DNA from: a virus
Taxonomy: Duplodnaviria; Caudoviricetes
Virus record (IMG/VR): IMGVR_UViG_3300025867_000005
Length of the DNA: 64,000 nt
Reading direction: 5' to 3' (one strand)
Part shown: positions 37,171-47,081 of the stretch, one piece after another
Position numbering within the stretch: the first letter of the stretch is position 1
Layout of the letters: the number at the start of each line of letters is the position of its first letter
The notes under the pieces: generated by a model
What the model was told of the DNA's origin: nothing
Databases searched by the model: none
Seen by the model: only the letters and a program-made list of their open reading frames with translations
Translations under genes and position numbers: made by a program

Positions 37171-37617
37171 ATGCCTACAGACTATCAAGATAATCTGTTC
37201 CTTCAGGAAATGAGGAAACTCGGTCTTTCTAAAGCCTATTCTACGACAAGGAATAAGCTACCTCTTAAGAACCTTGTACAACAGGCATATAGAAACAAGA
37301 AAATGCCGTTAGCTTTGGAAATCAGACTTACGCTGCGTGATGCCGCCCTTACGAAAAAAGCGGTGGAAATAACCTACAGGAAAACAACGACATCTGAACT
37401 CAAAATATATGTCATAGAGCCATACAGCTACCGCTATCTCAGATTGAAAGTCGGAATACGCAAGATGGTTTTCGGATGGGATATAAAGGAGAACAAGATC
37501 AAGTCTTATGCCTTGTCAAACATCACGAAAATCAGACAGCTTGAAAAACGTTTTTCCCCGAGATTCCCGATAGAAATAGGAAGATTCATTTCACAGACGA
37601 AAACCCTTGTCAGATAA
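37171..37617 (+). CDS. Stand-alone WYL-domain protein
   Basis: VEITYRK....YVIEPYSY....VFGWDIKENKIKSYALSNI. Confidence 0.75.
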   Translation: MPTDYQDNLFLQEMRKLGLSKAYSTTRNKLPLKNLVQQAYRNKKMPLALEIRLTLRDAALTKKAVEITYRKTTTSELKIYVIEPYSYRYLRLKVGIRKMVFGWDIKENKIKSYALSNITKIRQLEKRFSPRFPIEIGRFISQTKTLVR

Positions 37618-37662
37618 ATTTTGATAATCCACTGAAAGGATAGTTGAAACATGAGGTGCAAT

Positions 37663-38463
37663 ATGGTAGAAAGAAGGTCATCAGTAGACAGATTTCTCAA
37701 AAAGTTTTCAGAAACTTTGGGCTTTGGACTTAACGATTTGGTAAGCTATGCCCCGACAGGACATAAGGTAATCGGGATAGTAGTAGATATCGATCCTAAG
37801 ATTAGGAAGATTTATGTTGATTGGGGTGGCTGTGGCAATATCCATCAACACGATCCGGAAGAATTGCAGATTACCATGCTTCAGGAAAAGGCTGTTAAGA
37901 ATAAGATGGCAAGTGTCAAAATCAAGAAAATCACGGCAGCGATGGTCGGAGACATAAGTACTACGGATTTCATCGATCCTGTTACTTCTGATTTATTGAA
38001 CAAGCAGTTCGCCGCAGAGCTTTCAAATTCAGCTTTTTACCGTTGTTGCGCATCTTGGTTTGGGAATAACGGCTATCCTGGCTTTGAAGCCTATTTCCTG
38101 CGTCAAGGAGACGGTGAAGCAGAACATGCGATGAAAGTCTATACCTTCTTGGCAGAAGCCGGTATACGCGTTGTATTCCCTGTTATCAACGATCAACAGA
38201 TTGCCACGGATTTGAAATCCATCATCAAACAGACATTGGTTAAAGAAACGGAAACCACAAAGAATTGGCAGATCATTTCCAAATCGGCAGAAACAGGAAA
38301 CAATGTTGCGGTAACGGAACTTTGCCAGTGGTTCATGAAGGAACAGATGGAAGAAGAATCAAGCATCACAACCCTTTATCAGAAAGTCATGAATCTTCCT
38401 CTTAGTGGCGGTTTGGAAACAATCGACATGCTTTTGAGAGAAAAAGATCCTATCGTAAAATAA
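37663..38463 (+). CDS. Ferritin (FtnA-like) fused to an N-terminal beta domain
   Basis: LNKQFAAELSNSAFY, GYPGFEAYF, EAEHAMK, KETET, WFMKEQMEEE (ferroxidase ligands). Confidence 0.8.
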   Translation: MVERRSSVDRFLKKFSETLGFGLNDLVSYAPTGHKVIGIVVDIDPKIRKIYVDWGGCGNIHQHDPEELQITMLQEKAVKNKMASVKIKKITAAMVGDISTTDFIDPVTSDLLNKQFAAELSNSAFYRCCASWFGNNGYPGFEAYFLRQGDGEAEHAMKVYTFLAEAGIRVVFPVINDQQIATDLKSIIKQTLVKETETTKNWQIISKSAETGNNVAVTELCQWFMKEQMEEESSITTLYQKVMNLPLSGGLETIDMLLREKDPIVK

Positions 38464-38476
38464 CAGGAGATTGAAA

Positions 38477-38743
38477 ATGGATATCCGCAAAGAACTTCTT
38501 TTTGTCGCCAAACTGATCAAAGCAAAGCCTGAGTACGAATACGCTTGGGACCCTGACCATAAGAATAAACCAAAAGGGGAAGGCTGGGAACAGACAGATG
38601 CCGGTTGGTCTAGGAATACGGGCAAAGAAGAAAAACCAGAAAAGTATTGGGAAGGGAAGAATAAAGAAGGCGAATACTATTACGATACCATTGAATCAGA
38701 AGGGGACGAAGGCGAAAAAGAAGAAGTACAGGATGAAGAATAA
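38477..38743 (+). CDS. Leader-family protein (leader + DPxH module)
   Basis: MDIRKELLFVAKLIKA then YAWDPDHKNKPKGEGWEQTDAGWS. Confidence 0.7.
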   Translation: MDIRKELLFVAKLIKAKPEYEYAWDPDHKNKPKGEGWEQTDAGWSRNTGKEEKPEKYWEGKNKEGEYYYDTIESEGDEGEKEEVQDEE

Positions 38744-38757
38744 GGAGTAATAAATAC

Positions 38758-40422
38758 ATGAATTTCGAAGCGATGATTTCCAAATTGGCGAATGATATTA
38801 TAACAGCAGAAACTAATTATGTCTGGGACCCGGAGCATAAGAAAAATCCAGGCAGCGGTTATCAGAAAACCGATAAGGGCTGGTCTAAATCAGACGGGAA
38901 AGGGGAAATAACGAAGACGCAACAGAAGAAGGTTCCTTCAGCCCCTGTGAAGCCGACTTCGACTCCTGATGTTTCAGGACATCCTGATATTCTAAAGTCT
39001 AAATCAGGAAAGCAAATCCCGAATAACAAAGACATTCTTGATGTCATTTACAACAACTATAACGATTTCAGCGAAGCAGAAAAAAACAACCTTTTGTCTT
39101 TTTATCGCCAAAAAGCGGATGCCTTGAGTGCTGAAGCGAAGAAACACTACAGTCACCCAGAAGTGTTCAAGAACCTTATCGGTCTAAATAATGAAACTCT
39201 TGATATCATAGAACTCCTGAAGAGCAAAGAAGGATATGATCAAAAGGGGAAAGACATAGAATTAACCAACAGGGTAATAGCCGCTAAAAACTCCAAGGAT
39301 TTCAAGATGGCACTTGGCAAGGTATCTAGCGCCTTCCCTGACTATACGACAGAAGAGGCAACAGTCAATTTCTTGTCGAACCCGAAGATGGCGAAGAATC
39401 TTAAAACTGAAGAACGCAAGGCTCTTCAGGAATACTTTGAAGCAAACAAGTCTGCTTTTGAAAATGAACTAAGTAAGGAACACAAGAATCTTCTAAAAGA
39501 CGGAAAAGGTGATAAGAAAACGATTGGATATCTTTCTGATGGAATCAAGGAATTTGATAAAGTCCTTTCACGGTTGTCTCCACTCTATCCTTCGTATCAA
39601 AAGCTTACGGATATGAAGAAATCAGGGCCGTTTCAGAAAGTCTATCAGTTTGTCAAGAATGTAAAGCCTGGTCCTGTTGCTGAACAAGAATTTATTGATG
39701 TCTTGGGAGAACCGACACATCTTAACACACTGACTTCAGAAGAGAAAAAGGCAATCTCCGATTTCTTCCAAATGAAGAAACAACTTTGGGCAGCCGACGC
39801 GAAGAAAAATCCCGATCTTCAAACTCTTGCAGAAGACGGTATCAAGAAGATGGATCAAATTATTTCCCTTGTCAATCCAAATACAAACAAGAAGGCACCT
39901 GACCCGTCTCAAGTTATGTCTCGTCTTTTCAAAGAACCGGAAATGATAAGTGTCGCTGATAAACCGAAGGTTATCCAGACGTATAAAAATTGGCTTGCAG
40001 CAAATAAGGATAAGAAGGACAAAGATACACAGGCTAAGGTTTCGGACGTAAGGCTTGCTGTCAAGATGTTGGAAGGCCCACGCTTCAAAAAAGTAGACCC
40101 GAAGCTTTCAGGAAACCTTATGTATCTTGTCAAAGACAATGACCTCGGGGATGAATTGCAGGAACTCGCTGGCTTTAAGGAAACCATCAAGAATCATCCT
40201 CAAATGTCTAACAAGGAATACAAGCAGAGGATAGATCAAGGAATGAAGCTTCCTAGAAGTCAGGCACAGCTTAAACAGGCTTTCATCATGAATATGAACC
40301 CGATGAACTACCCGGACATGCAGGCTTTCCAAGCCGCGAAACAAAGGGTTCAGAAAATGGATATCAATGATTTCGGTAAGCTTTTGGCAAGCCTTAACGC
40401 GGATGAAGAAGAAACGATTTAA
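38758..40422 (+). CDS. Leader-family protein, large helical cargo
   Basis: MNFEAMISKLANDIITA then YVWDPEHKKNPGSGYQKTDKGWS; has the C-terminal helical module. Confidence 0.7.
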   Translation: MNFEAMISKLANDIITAETNYVWDPEHKKNPGSGYQKTDKGWSKSDGKGEITKTQQKKVPSAPVKPTSTPDVSGHPDILKSKSGKQIPNNKDILDVIYNNYNDFSEAEKNNLLSFYRQKADALSAEAKKHYSHPEVFKNLIGLNNETLDIIELLKSKEGYDQKGKDIELTNRVIAAKNSKDFKMALGKVSSAFPDYTTEEATVNFLSNPKMAKNLKTEERKALQEYFEANKSAFENELSKEHKNLLKDGKGDKKTIGYLSDGIKEFDKVLSRLSPLYPSYQKLTDMKKSGPFQKVYQFVKNVKPGPVAEQEFIDVLGEPTHLNTLTSEEKKAISDFFQMKKQLWAADAKKNPDLQTLAEDGIKKMDQIISLVNPNTNKKAPDPSQVMSRLFKEPEMISVADKPKVIQTYKNWLAANKDKKDKDTQAKVSDVRLAVKMLEGPRFKKVDPKLSGNLMYLVKDNDLGDELQELAGFKETIKNHPQMSNKEYKQRIDQGMKLPRSQAQLKQAFIMNMNPMNYPDMQAFQAAKQRVQKMDINDFGKLLASLNADEEETI

Positions 40423-40434
40423 AGGAGTACTGAA

Positions 40435-41292
40435 GTGAACTACAAATCAGAAATTTCAAAAATAGCAAAAATCATTATCGCAGATTCTGATTATGTTTAT
40501 GACCCCGAACATAAGAATAATCCTGGTGGTGGTTATCATCGTACAGAAAAGGGTTGGTCTAAACAAGACTGGAATGGGCAGACAGAAGTTTCTCCTGAAT
40601 CCGGTTCTTCTAAAAAAGAACCATTAAAAATAGACAACTGGGACCCAGCCGTATATGGAGGGTTTTGGGGATCATGGAATTCCACGCCAGCAGCAAGACA
40701 TTTTTTAGAATTCGGTGACGAAAGCGTTGTCAAAGATGAAAAATTCTATGATGAACTTTTTAACGGAAAACTTGGAATTAAAGAACTGCTAAAGAGAGTG
40801 GGAGATAGTTTGCAAGGGAAAGGTGAATATACAGAATTTGGATACACAAAGAAAGACATGATCGACTTGGGACAATTCGCCCTTTATGCTGCAAACAAAG
40901 CCCGCAAAGACGGTATCGACATCGACAAAATCGTATACGGCAAATCGGCCAATCCGGAAAAGAAACCAGAGACTTTTTCGGAAGAAAAGAAAATGAAATT
41001 GGTAAGGGAAATGCCGGGATATTGGTCGGGTTTGAACAAGCTTCAAAGGAACCGTTTAAGTTGGGATGACTTCCATACAAGAGTGATGGATAAATCTATT
41101 GACTTGACTTCAGAGGAAGCACTCTCGATGGCGGCGGTATTGAAGATAAAACAAGATTCTGCATTGAAACTCGCTGAATCTTATAAGAAAAGTGATAGTC
41201 CATTTGCAGGACGGGCAAGGATGATGTCAGAAAGAGAAGCAGAAAAACTTGGCGGGTATGCTGAAGACTTCAACAAGATTGCAAATCAATAA
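40435..41292 (+). CDS. Leader-family protein
   Basis: MNYKSEISKIAKIIIA then YVYDPEHKNNPGGGYHRTEKGWS. Confidence 0.7.
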   Translation: MNYKSEISKIAKIIIADSDYVYDPEHKNNPGGGYHRTEKGWSKQDWNGQTEVSPESGSSKKEPLKIDNWDPAVYGGFWGSWNSTPAARHFLEFGDESVVKDEKFYDELFNGKLGIKELLKRVGDSLQGKGEYTEFGYTKKDMIDLGQFALYAANKARKDGIDIDKIVYGKSANPEKKPETFSEEKKMKLVREMPGYWSGLNKLQRNRLSWDDFHTRVMDKSIDLTSEEALSMAAVLKIKQDSALKLAESYKKSDSPFAGRARMMSEREAEKLGGYAEDFNKIANQ

Positions 41293-41304
41293 GGAATAAC
41301 TGTC

Positions 41305-42171
41305 ATGTATTTCTGTAAAGCACCAAGGATTTATGTTTTAACGCGAAAGGAAAAAGAAACAGGGGTTTATGTCTGCCCCTTTTGCGGGAAAGTTTTGAAG
41401 AAAGGTTCTCTTTCGAAATCTGAAAAGCTTTTTCAATGTCGTACATGCGGGTTCAAGATAACGGGTAGAGACATCTTATCGGAATATCCGAATCAGAAAG
41501 TAAGTATTGACATTGGCATTGAAATTCAGAAGGTCGCAAAGGTCATTGTTTCAGAGACGAAAGAAGAAAAGGACCCATTTGGATTCGCCAAAAGCAAAGC
41601 CCATCAAATTTTTGAAAAAGCCAAAAAAGCAGACAACAACGTTTCTCAATGGGAAATCACGACAGAGAAGCAATCACCAGAATTATACAAGTTCAATGCC
41701 TTCCCACGGAAATCTGGAAATGATGCTGTTATTGCTATCGAAGTGACTAAAAGAAACCAAAATCTTTTAGGTAAAGAGATAGAATCTGTTACCTTTTCCA
41801 TTTTAGTAAAAGGCGGAAAAGAAGTTTTTAGCATACAGACTTCCAATATTTATGCGGTAAAATCACTTTTCGACAAAATTCTGAGGAAAGATTTCACGGA
41901 ATTTTTCTCTACGAAAACTGACAACAAGATGACGGAAGTCAAGAATTTCATCAAATCCAAGTTTCATCTTACCCCAGATGAAGAAGACAGTGATAGCCTT
42001 CATTACGCGACAAGAGATCACGGAGATGTAGAAGAAGAGACTCCGGGTAAAGAAGACATCCAGCTTATCAAGCAGGTCATTTCGGGAGTCAAGGCGAAAT
42101 TCAAAAACTTGGTATTGCGTCCAGAAATCGTAGATGAATGGGTACAGCTTGAAATAAAATTAGAAGGTTGA
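41305..42171 (+). CDS. Zn-ribbon protein with internal leader motif
   Basis: CPFCG...CRTCG followed by IDIGIEIQKVAKVIVSE. Confidence 0.65.
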   Translation: MYFCKAPRIYVLTRKEKETGVYVCPFCGKVLKKGSLSKSEKLFQCRTCGFKITGRDILSEYPNQKVSIDIGIEIQKVAKVIVSETKEEKDPFGFAKSKAHQIFEKAKKADNNVSQWEITTEKQSPELYKFNAFPRKSGNDAVIAIEVTKRNQNLLGKEIESVTFSILVKGGKEVFSIQTSNIYAVKSLFDKILRKDFTEFFSTKTDNKMTEVKNFIKSKFHLTPDEEDSDSLHYATRDHGDVEEETPGKEDIQLIKQVISGVKAKFKNLVLRPEIVDEWVQLEIKLEG

Positions 42172-42219
42172 TTGCCTATAAAATTTGATAACCTTACGTA
42201 TACCTAAACAAGAGGTTAT

Positions 42220-43218
42220 ATGAACACGAACAATTTTCCAAGGCATTTATCTGTAAAGAACAGAGAAACACTCCTTCATCCAGGCAGTGGGATTAAAGTT
42301 CAGAATGTCAAAATTCTAACGAATCCACGATATGAATGGGAAAGAATATGCAGGGGACGTACAAGAATCGCCCACAGCATTGATATCGACTGGAAGCGTT
42401 TCAACCTGAATGACTATATCTTCACACATGACTCCATCGTGTCGAGCGTAGAAACAGAAGCCAACGGATATTATATCAAGCCCATCTGTTCGAAGATCGT
42501 CAATTTAAACGGCAACGCGTGGACAAATCCCGTTCTTCTAGCGACATTCCGTACTTTCGTAGGTGGTTATAATTTCGAAGAACATGTTCAAATCCCAAGC
42601 CAAAGCAAAGGAATGATTCTTGATGCCGTTCTTCGTCCTTTTCAATACAGGGATGAAAAAGGCAATATCGCCAATGTCTATATCTGTGACATCCTCGTTG
42701 CCACATGTAAAAGCAATTGGGAACTGGTACAGGAAATACAAACAGGAAAGATGAGAACCTTGTCGATGGGAACCCAGTGCCGTTCCGTCCAATGTAGCCA
42801 TTGCGGTAAGATATTCAGAGATGATGAAGACAGTTGCGATCATATAAAGTACGAACTCGGACAGATGTTTGTCGATGAAAACGGAATCGAACGCATTACT
42901 GCTGAACTCTGCGGTTGCAGCATTTGGGATGCAATAAAGAAAGAATGGATAGGAGATCCGGAATCCAACACCTTTATTGAAGCCAGTTGGGTTAAACATC
43001 CCGCATATGTAGGAGCCGTTGTAAACCATTTCATCAATCCGAAGAATGTAAATCCTTCACTGTTTAAAGAAGCGTCTATCGAAGAATCCATTCAGGGATT
43101 GTTCAATGTCCGGGTTGCTGACAGATATGGGAGGTTGTCTTTGAATCTTCTCAGACAGAAACAGGAGATTGACAAAAGGGAAGGAATGATAAACAGAATC
43201 ATTTCGTCAAAGCATTAG
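42220..43218 (+). CDS. Prohead protease with Zn-finger insertion
   Basis: N.NGNAW, FEEH, KGMILDA, IQTGKMRTLSMG (catalytic Ser), CSHCG..CDH, FIEASWVKHPA. Confidence 0.8.
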   Translation: MNTNNFPRHLSVKNRETLLHPGSGIKVQNVKILTNPRYEWERICRGRTRIAHSIDIDWKRFNLNDYIFTHDSIVSSVETEANGYYIKPICSKIVNLNGNAWTNPVLLATFRTFVGGYNFEEHVQIPSQSKGMILDAVLRPFQYRDEKGNIANVYICDILVATCKSNWELVQEIQTGKMRTLSMGTQCRSVQCSHCGKIFRDDEDSCDHIKYELGQMFVDENGIERITAELCGCSIWDAIKKEWIGDPESNTFIEASWVKHPAYVGAVVNHFINPKNVNPSLFKEASIEESIQGLFNVRVADRYGRLSLNLLRQKQEIDKREGMINRIISSKH

Positions 43219-43227
43219 GAGACAGAT

Positions 43228-43758
43228 ATGAACAGTAAAGACTTGACAAGGATAGCAAAACTTCTTATCGCGGATTACCGTTATGATCCTCGCCATGAAA
43301 ACAAACCACAGGGTCTAGGCTGGAAACAGACAGAAGGCGGATGGACGAACGTGTTGCACAGGATTAAGAAGACGGAACCGAAGGAAGTTGAACAAGAATC
43401 GGATGTCCCTGAAATAAAGGTCAAGAATTCCCCAGTCCCAGAAGTTTCTGAAAACAAAAAGAGGTTGTCTGTTCTGTTGGGGCAGGCCGGAACAAAAGGA
43501 TTGCTTGACAGAGATACGGAAGGTAAGGCTATAGTAGAACAGAAGGACATCGACAGGATTAATTCAATGCTTTATAAGTCAAGAGGGAATAGAGACAAGG
43601 TAAGAATGTATGTCGAAAATATGTCAAGCGCAATCACTAATCCTAAGAAAGCTGTTCGTAGAGGTCTTGCGGCTTTCCACGGATTGAAAGATGAATTCGG
43701 CAAAGAATTCGCTTGGGAAATGGCTTCAGTTTTCGTCGGCAAAGGATTAAGCCTGTAG
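43228..43758 (+). CDS. Leader-family protein
   Basis: MNSKDLTRIAKLLIA then YRYDPRHENKPQGLGWKQTEGGWT. Confidence 0.7.
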   Translation: MNSKDLTRIAKLLIADYRYDPRHENKPQGLGWKQTEGGWTNVLHRIKKTEPKEVEQESDVPEIKVKNSPVPEVSENKKRLSVLLGQAGTKGLLDRDTEGKAIVEQKDIDRINSMLYKSRGNRDKVRMYVENMSSAITNPKKAVRRGLAAFHGLKDEFGKEFAWEMASVFVGKGLSL

Positions 43759-43999
43759 AAATTATCTGCAAAAGATGCCGTTTTTGAAAAACTTACGGTG
43801 ATCTTAACAAGGCGTAATGTGTTTGTAAATCAACATGTTATGCCTTTTTCATTTCTTGTAAGTATGATAAAAATCAACTTTTTTTGATAAATATTCTCTA
43901 GGTTGTAGTGTAATTTGTGTAACAAATTATACCAGCGACAAACCCTGTCGGGGAGTCGCCGACGTAAAGAACGGGCAATCCCCGAAAAGGAGAAAAATA

Positions 44000-45520
44000 A
44001 TGTCACTTAAACGTTTAGCTGAAGCGATGGAAGGAATCGCCGACGAAGCAGAATCAAAGGAACTTGATCAGGTTCTTTCTGACTTCGGTGGTGATGACGG
44101 CGAAGCGGCTCCCGCTGCTGAAGCCGAAGAAACGGAAGAAGATAAAGACGAAGCGATTGTTGCCCGTCTTGCATCTGCTACGGATGATTTTGAAATTTCA
44201 GGAATCAATTCCGGTGATCAGGATGAATTTTCTCAGGTTCAGACTGTCGGACTTGGTAAGGAAGACAAAGCTGATTATGGAACTGTCGCGGAAGCCGCAA
44301 AGAAATATGCTTTCTGCGCACGTAAGCTTGCAAGTCTTGAAGTTGAAGCAAAGAAAGATCCTAATGGCAAGAAATATCTTTCTGCTATCGCATCAATGAC
44401 CCGTATCCTTGAACGTAGGGCCGCTGCACTTAAGGTCGCTGTTGCCGACAAGACTTCGTTTAGCGGAGACCTTGGCCATGACGGAACTCGTGATGAAGCG
44501 GAATACGGTGCCTATGACACCAGCAAACCGGCTATGGACGCTGAAATTCAGAGCACATCGGCTCCTTGGAAAACAGACAAGCATGATGGACTCGGTTTGG
44601 GCATTCCTAAACCAGAAGGCGAAGTAACCCGTGAAGCAAGTTCTAAGATCGCGGCTAACCAGTCAATCCGTTTGGCGGTTTGCTTGCTCGGTTCTAAGGC
44701 TCCTGAAGATATGATTCAGGCACAGGCTGGCGAATTCTTCGCACAGATGAAGCTTGCTAGCATCGAACGCGCTCTTAAACGTATCGCGGAAACCGAAGCT
44801 CTCTATGCGTCTGAAACCACAGCCGTTAATCCAGAAGTCGTTCCTGCTGGTCCTGTCACTACGGTTGAAGAAGCCGCAAAGGAAATCAGCGCATCCGCTG
44901 AAGCTCCCGTTTGTGAAAAGAAAGACGAAGTAAAGGAAGCTGCGGCAGAACTCCCTTCTCCTGAAGAAAAGAAAGAAGATGAGTTTACCGATGATGAAAA
45001 GAAGGAAATTGACGTGATGACCGCTTCAATCGTTGCCCGTCAGGCTAAAATGCGCGAAGCCGCACTTGCCAAAGCGAAGGCATTGATTGCCGCTGAAATT
45101 CCTGTCGTCGAAGAACCTGTCGTCGAAGCTCCTGTTGAAGCCGCACCTGCGGTTGTTACAGAAGAAAAACCGGTAGAAGCCGCTGTTGAAGCAGCTCCGG
45201 TTGTTCAAGACGAGATTGCCGAAGCCGTTGCTCCTGTTGAACCAGAAGTAGCGCCTGCGGAAGAACTTCCTGCTCAGGATGATGAGATTGACTTCTCTAC
45301 TTCTACAAGCGAAGACGCTGAAGGTATCCCGGAATTGGAAGCCTGCATTGATGTCCCGAAACCGGAAGTCAAGCCAGTCGTAGCTTCAAAAACTGCGGAA
45401 GCCAAGCCGAAATTCGCACAGACTCTTGGTGGCACACCTCGCCTTGCTTCAACGAAGAAGGGTGGCGACGTGATTCTCGAAAACCTCTGGGTAAAACCAG
45501 GTGAAGAGTTCTTTGGTTAA
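44000..45520 (+). CDS. Capsid scaffolding protein
   Basis: Ala/Glu-rich, low complexity, between protease and MCP; strong SD. Confidence 0.65.
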   Translation: MSLKRLAEAMEGIADEAESKELDQVLSDFGGDDGEAAPAAEAEETEEDKDEAIVARLASATDDFEISGINSGDQDEFSQVQTVGLGKEDKADYGTVAEAAKKYAFCARKLASLEVEAKKDPNGKKYLSAIASMTRILERRAAALKVAVADKTSFSGDLGHDGTRDEAEYGAYDTSKPAMDAEIQSTSAPWKTDKHDGLGLGIPKPEGEVTREASSKIAANQSIRLAVCLLGSKAPEDMIQAQAGEFFAQMKLASIERALKRIAETEALYASETTAVNPEVVPAGPVTTVEEAAKEISASAEAPVCEKKDEVKEAAAELPSPEEKKEDEFTDDEKKEIDVMTASIVARQAKMREAALAKAKALIAAEIPVVEEPVVEAPVEAAPAVVTEEKPVEAAVEAAPVVQDEIAEAVAPVEPEVAPAEELPAQDDEIDFSTSTSEDAEGIPELEACIDVPKPEVKPVVASKTAEAKPKFAQTLGGTPRLASTKKGGDVILENLWVKPGEEFFG

Positions 45521-45671
45521 TTGAACCTTATGGGCGGGTATCCAAAAAATACCCGTCATGATTTAAACAGAAGAAATTCTGTTTGGGATTTACAAGCTGG
45601 TAAAAAGGCTTGTAGTTGCAACGTGGCTAAGTGGCTTCGTTGGTAAGTAAACAAAAACAGGAGATAACGAT

Positions 45672-46160
45672 ATGTTACAGTATCTTATTCGTTCACAGAA
45701 TGATGCTATCAAGGTATTGGCCGCATCCTGCTTCACAAAGCAGAACTATGCCGTCGATTACGTCAATGATACCATCTCAAACCTTACGCCTAACGGTGTA
45801 TTGGGTGGTTCCGTTGCTGCATTGAGCGCGGATTACACAGTTGTTGCCGGTAACGGCGTAAACACTCCTATCGGCTTGTTCGTAAATGACGCGGCCGGTA
45901 TGGCATGGGAAAACAACCAGGCAAAGGCTTCAAACAAACTCACCATCGCTAAAGGCTTGCCTTCAGTCGAAGTTGACGTTTATGAGACTCACGACATGTA
46001 TGGTAGTGAACTTACCTACGTGATCGGTGACAAGCTTTATTGCTCAGCAAACGGTTTCCTCACCAATGAGGAAAGTGCGGAAGGTACGGTTATCGGTATC
46101 CTCACAAAGGTTCCGGTTCTTCCAGGCAGCCCGGCAATGGGCGTCGATTTGCGCATCTAA
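45672..46160 (+). CDS. Head decoration/cement protein
   Basis: Directly upstream of MCP; PIGLF, YVIGDKLYCSANGFLT, VIGILTKVP. Confidence 0.65.
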   Translation: MLQYLIRSQNDAIKVLAASCFTKQNYAVDYVNDTISNLTPNGVLGGSVAALSADYTVVAGNGVNTPIGLFVNDAAGMAWENNQAKASNKLTIAKGLPSVEVDVYETHDMYGSELTYVIGDKLYCSANGFLTNEESAEGTVIGILTKVPVLPGSPAMGVDLRI

Positions 46161-46186
46161 GGCACTAACCTAAAGGAGTAAAAGAA

Positions 46187-47047
46187 ATGGATATCTCAAC
46201 AGCTTCAAAGTATCAGACCATCGCTAAGTACATCAAGACTGGCGAAGGCCGTTCCCGTATCGCGGCAAGCTTCACGCAGCCCCTGCGTCAGCGTCGTGAC
46301 TATCAGAGCGTCGGTCGTAGAGCCTTCTACGTCGAACAGCTTCTTGACGGTCAGCTCCCGATTTGGGATAAGGATGCCAATGTAACGGCATATGTCATCG
46401 GTGCGGAAGGACAGAACATCCAGTGTGTTCAGAAACCACCGCGTGTTTTCTTCGACTTGTTCGAAATCGCTTCAAATCCTGAAATCTCCATCACAACGAT
46501 CCGTGAAAAGCGCTTCGATGTTTTGGAACGTTCCCTTGACCTCGCCCGTAGCGCGATCATGGCACAGGAAGACCGCTATGTGTTCGCCACAATGGACGCT
46601 TTGGCGGCATCTGCTACCAACCCGAATCCGGTTATCCAGGTCATTGGTAACTTGACTTCTAACGTTTTGATTGACGCGAAAGCGGCTGTCGAACGTAACG
46701 ATATCAGGGTAGCGAATATCTTCATGAACGCAAAGGATTACAACGATCTTTTGAAGTTCGACCGTGACACCCTCAGCCCTGAGTACCAGACTCAGTTGCT
46801 TAAGAACGGCCTCATGGCCAACATCTGGGGAATCAACATCATCGTAAGCCGTATCGTCGCAGAAGGCGATGTCTATGTCTGCGGTGAACCGGAATTCTTC
46901 GGACGTATCCCCGTTCGTCAGGACCTCACCGTCCTTTCAGCGGATGATCCTCGTAACCGCATGGTCGGCTTCTCGGTCTTCGAAATGATCGGTTGCGGCT
47001 TGTGGAATCCGTTGGCAATGAGCAAGATTCAGATTACCCGCGTGTAA
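46187..47047 (+). CDS. Major capsid protein (HK97 fold)
   Basis: RIAASFTQPLRQRRDY, FEIASNP, IMAQED, IFMN..DYNDL, IWGINIIVS; followed by a strong terminator. Confidence 0.85.
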   Translation: MDISTASKYQTIAKYIKTGEGRSRIAASFTQPLRQRRDYQSVGRRAFYVEQLLDGQLPIWDKDANVTAYVIGAEGQNIQCVQKPPRVFFDLFEIASNPEISITTIREKRFDVLERSLDLARSAIMAQEDRYVFATMDALAASATNPNPVIQVIGNLTSNVLIDAKAAVERNDIRVANIFMNAKDYNDLLKFDRDTLSPEYQTQLLKNGLMANIWGINIIVSRIVAEGDVYVCGEPEFFGRIPVRQDLTVLSADDPRNRMVGFSVFEMIGCGLWNPLAMSKIQITRV

Positions 47048-47081
47048 TCCACGTAAGTAGTTTGATTTGAATCACTTGTGA

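Noticed and set aside
45100-45260. Short direct repeats CCTGTCGTCGAAG
   Set aside because: Explained by PVVE/APVE low-complexity coding in the scaffold.
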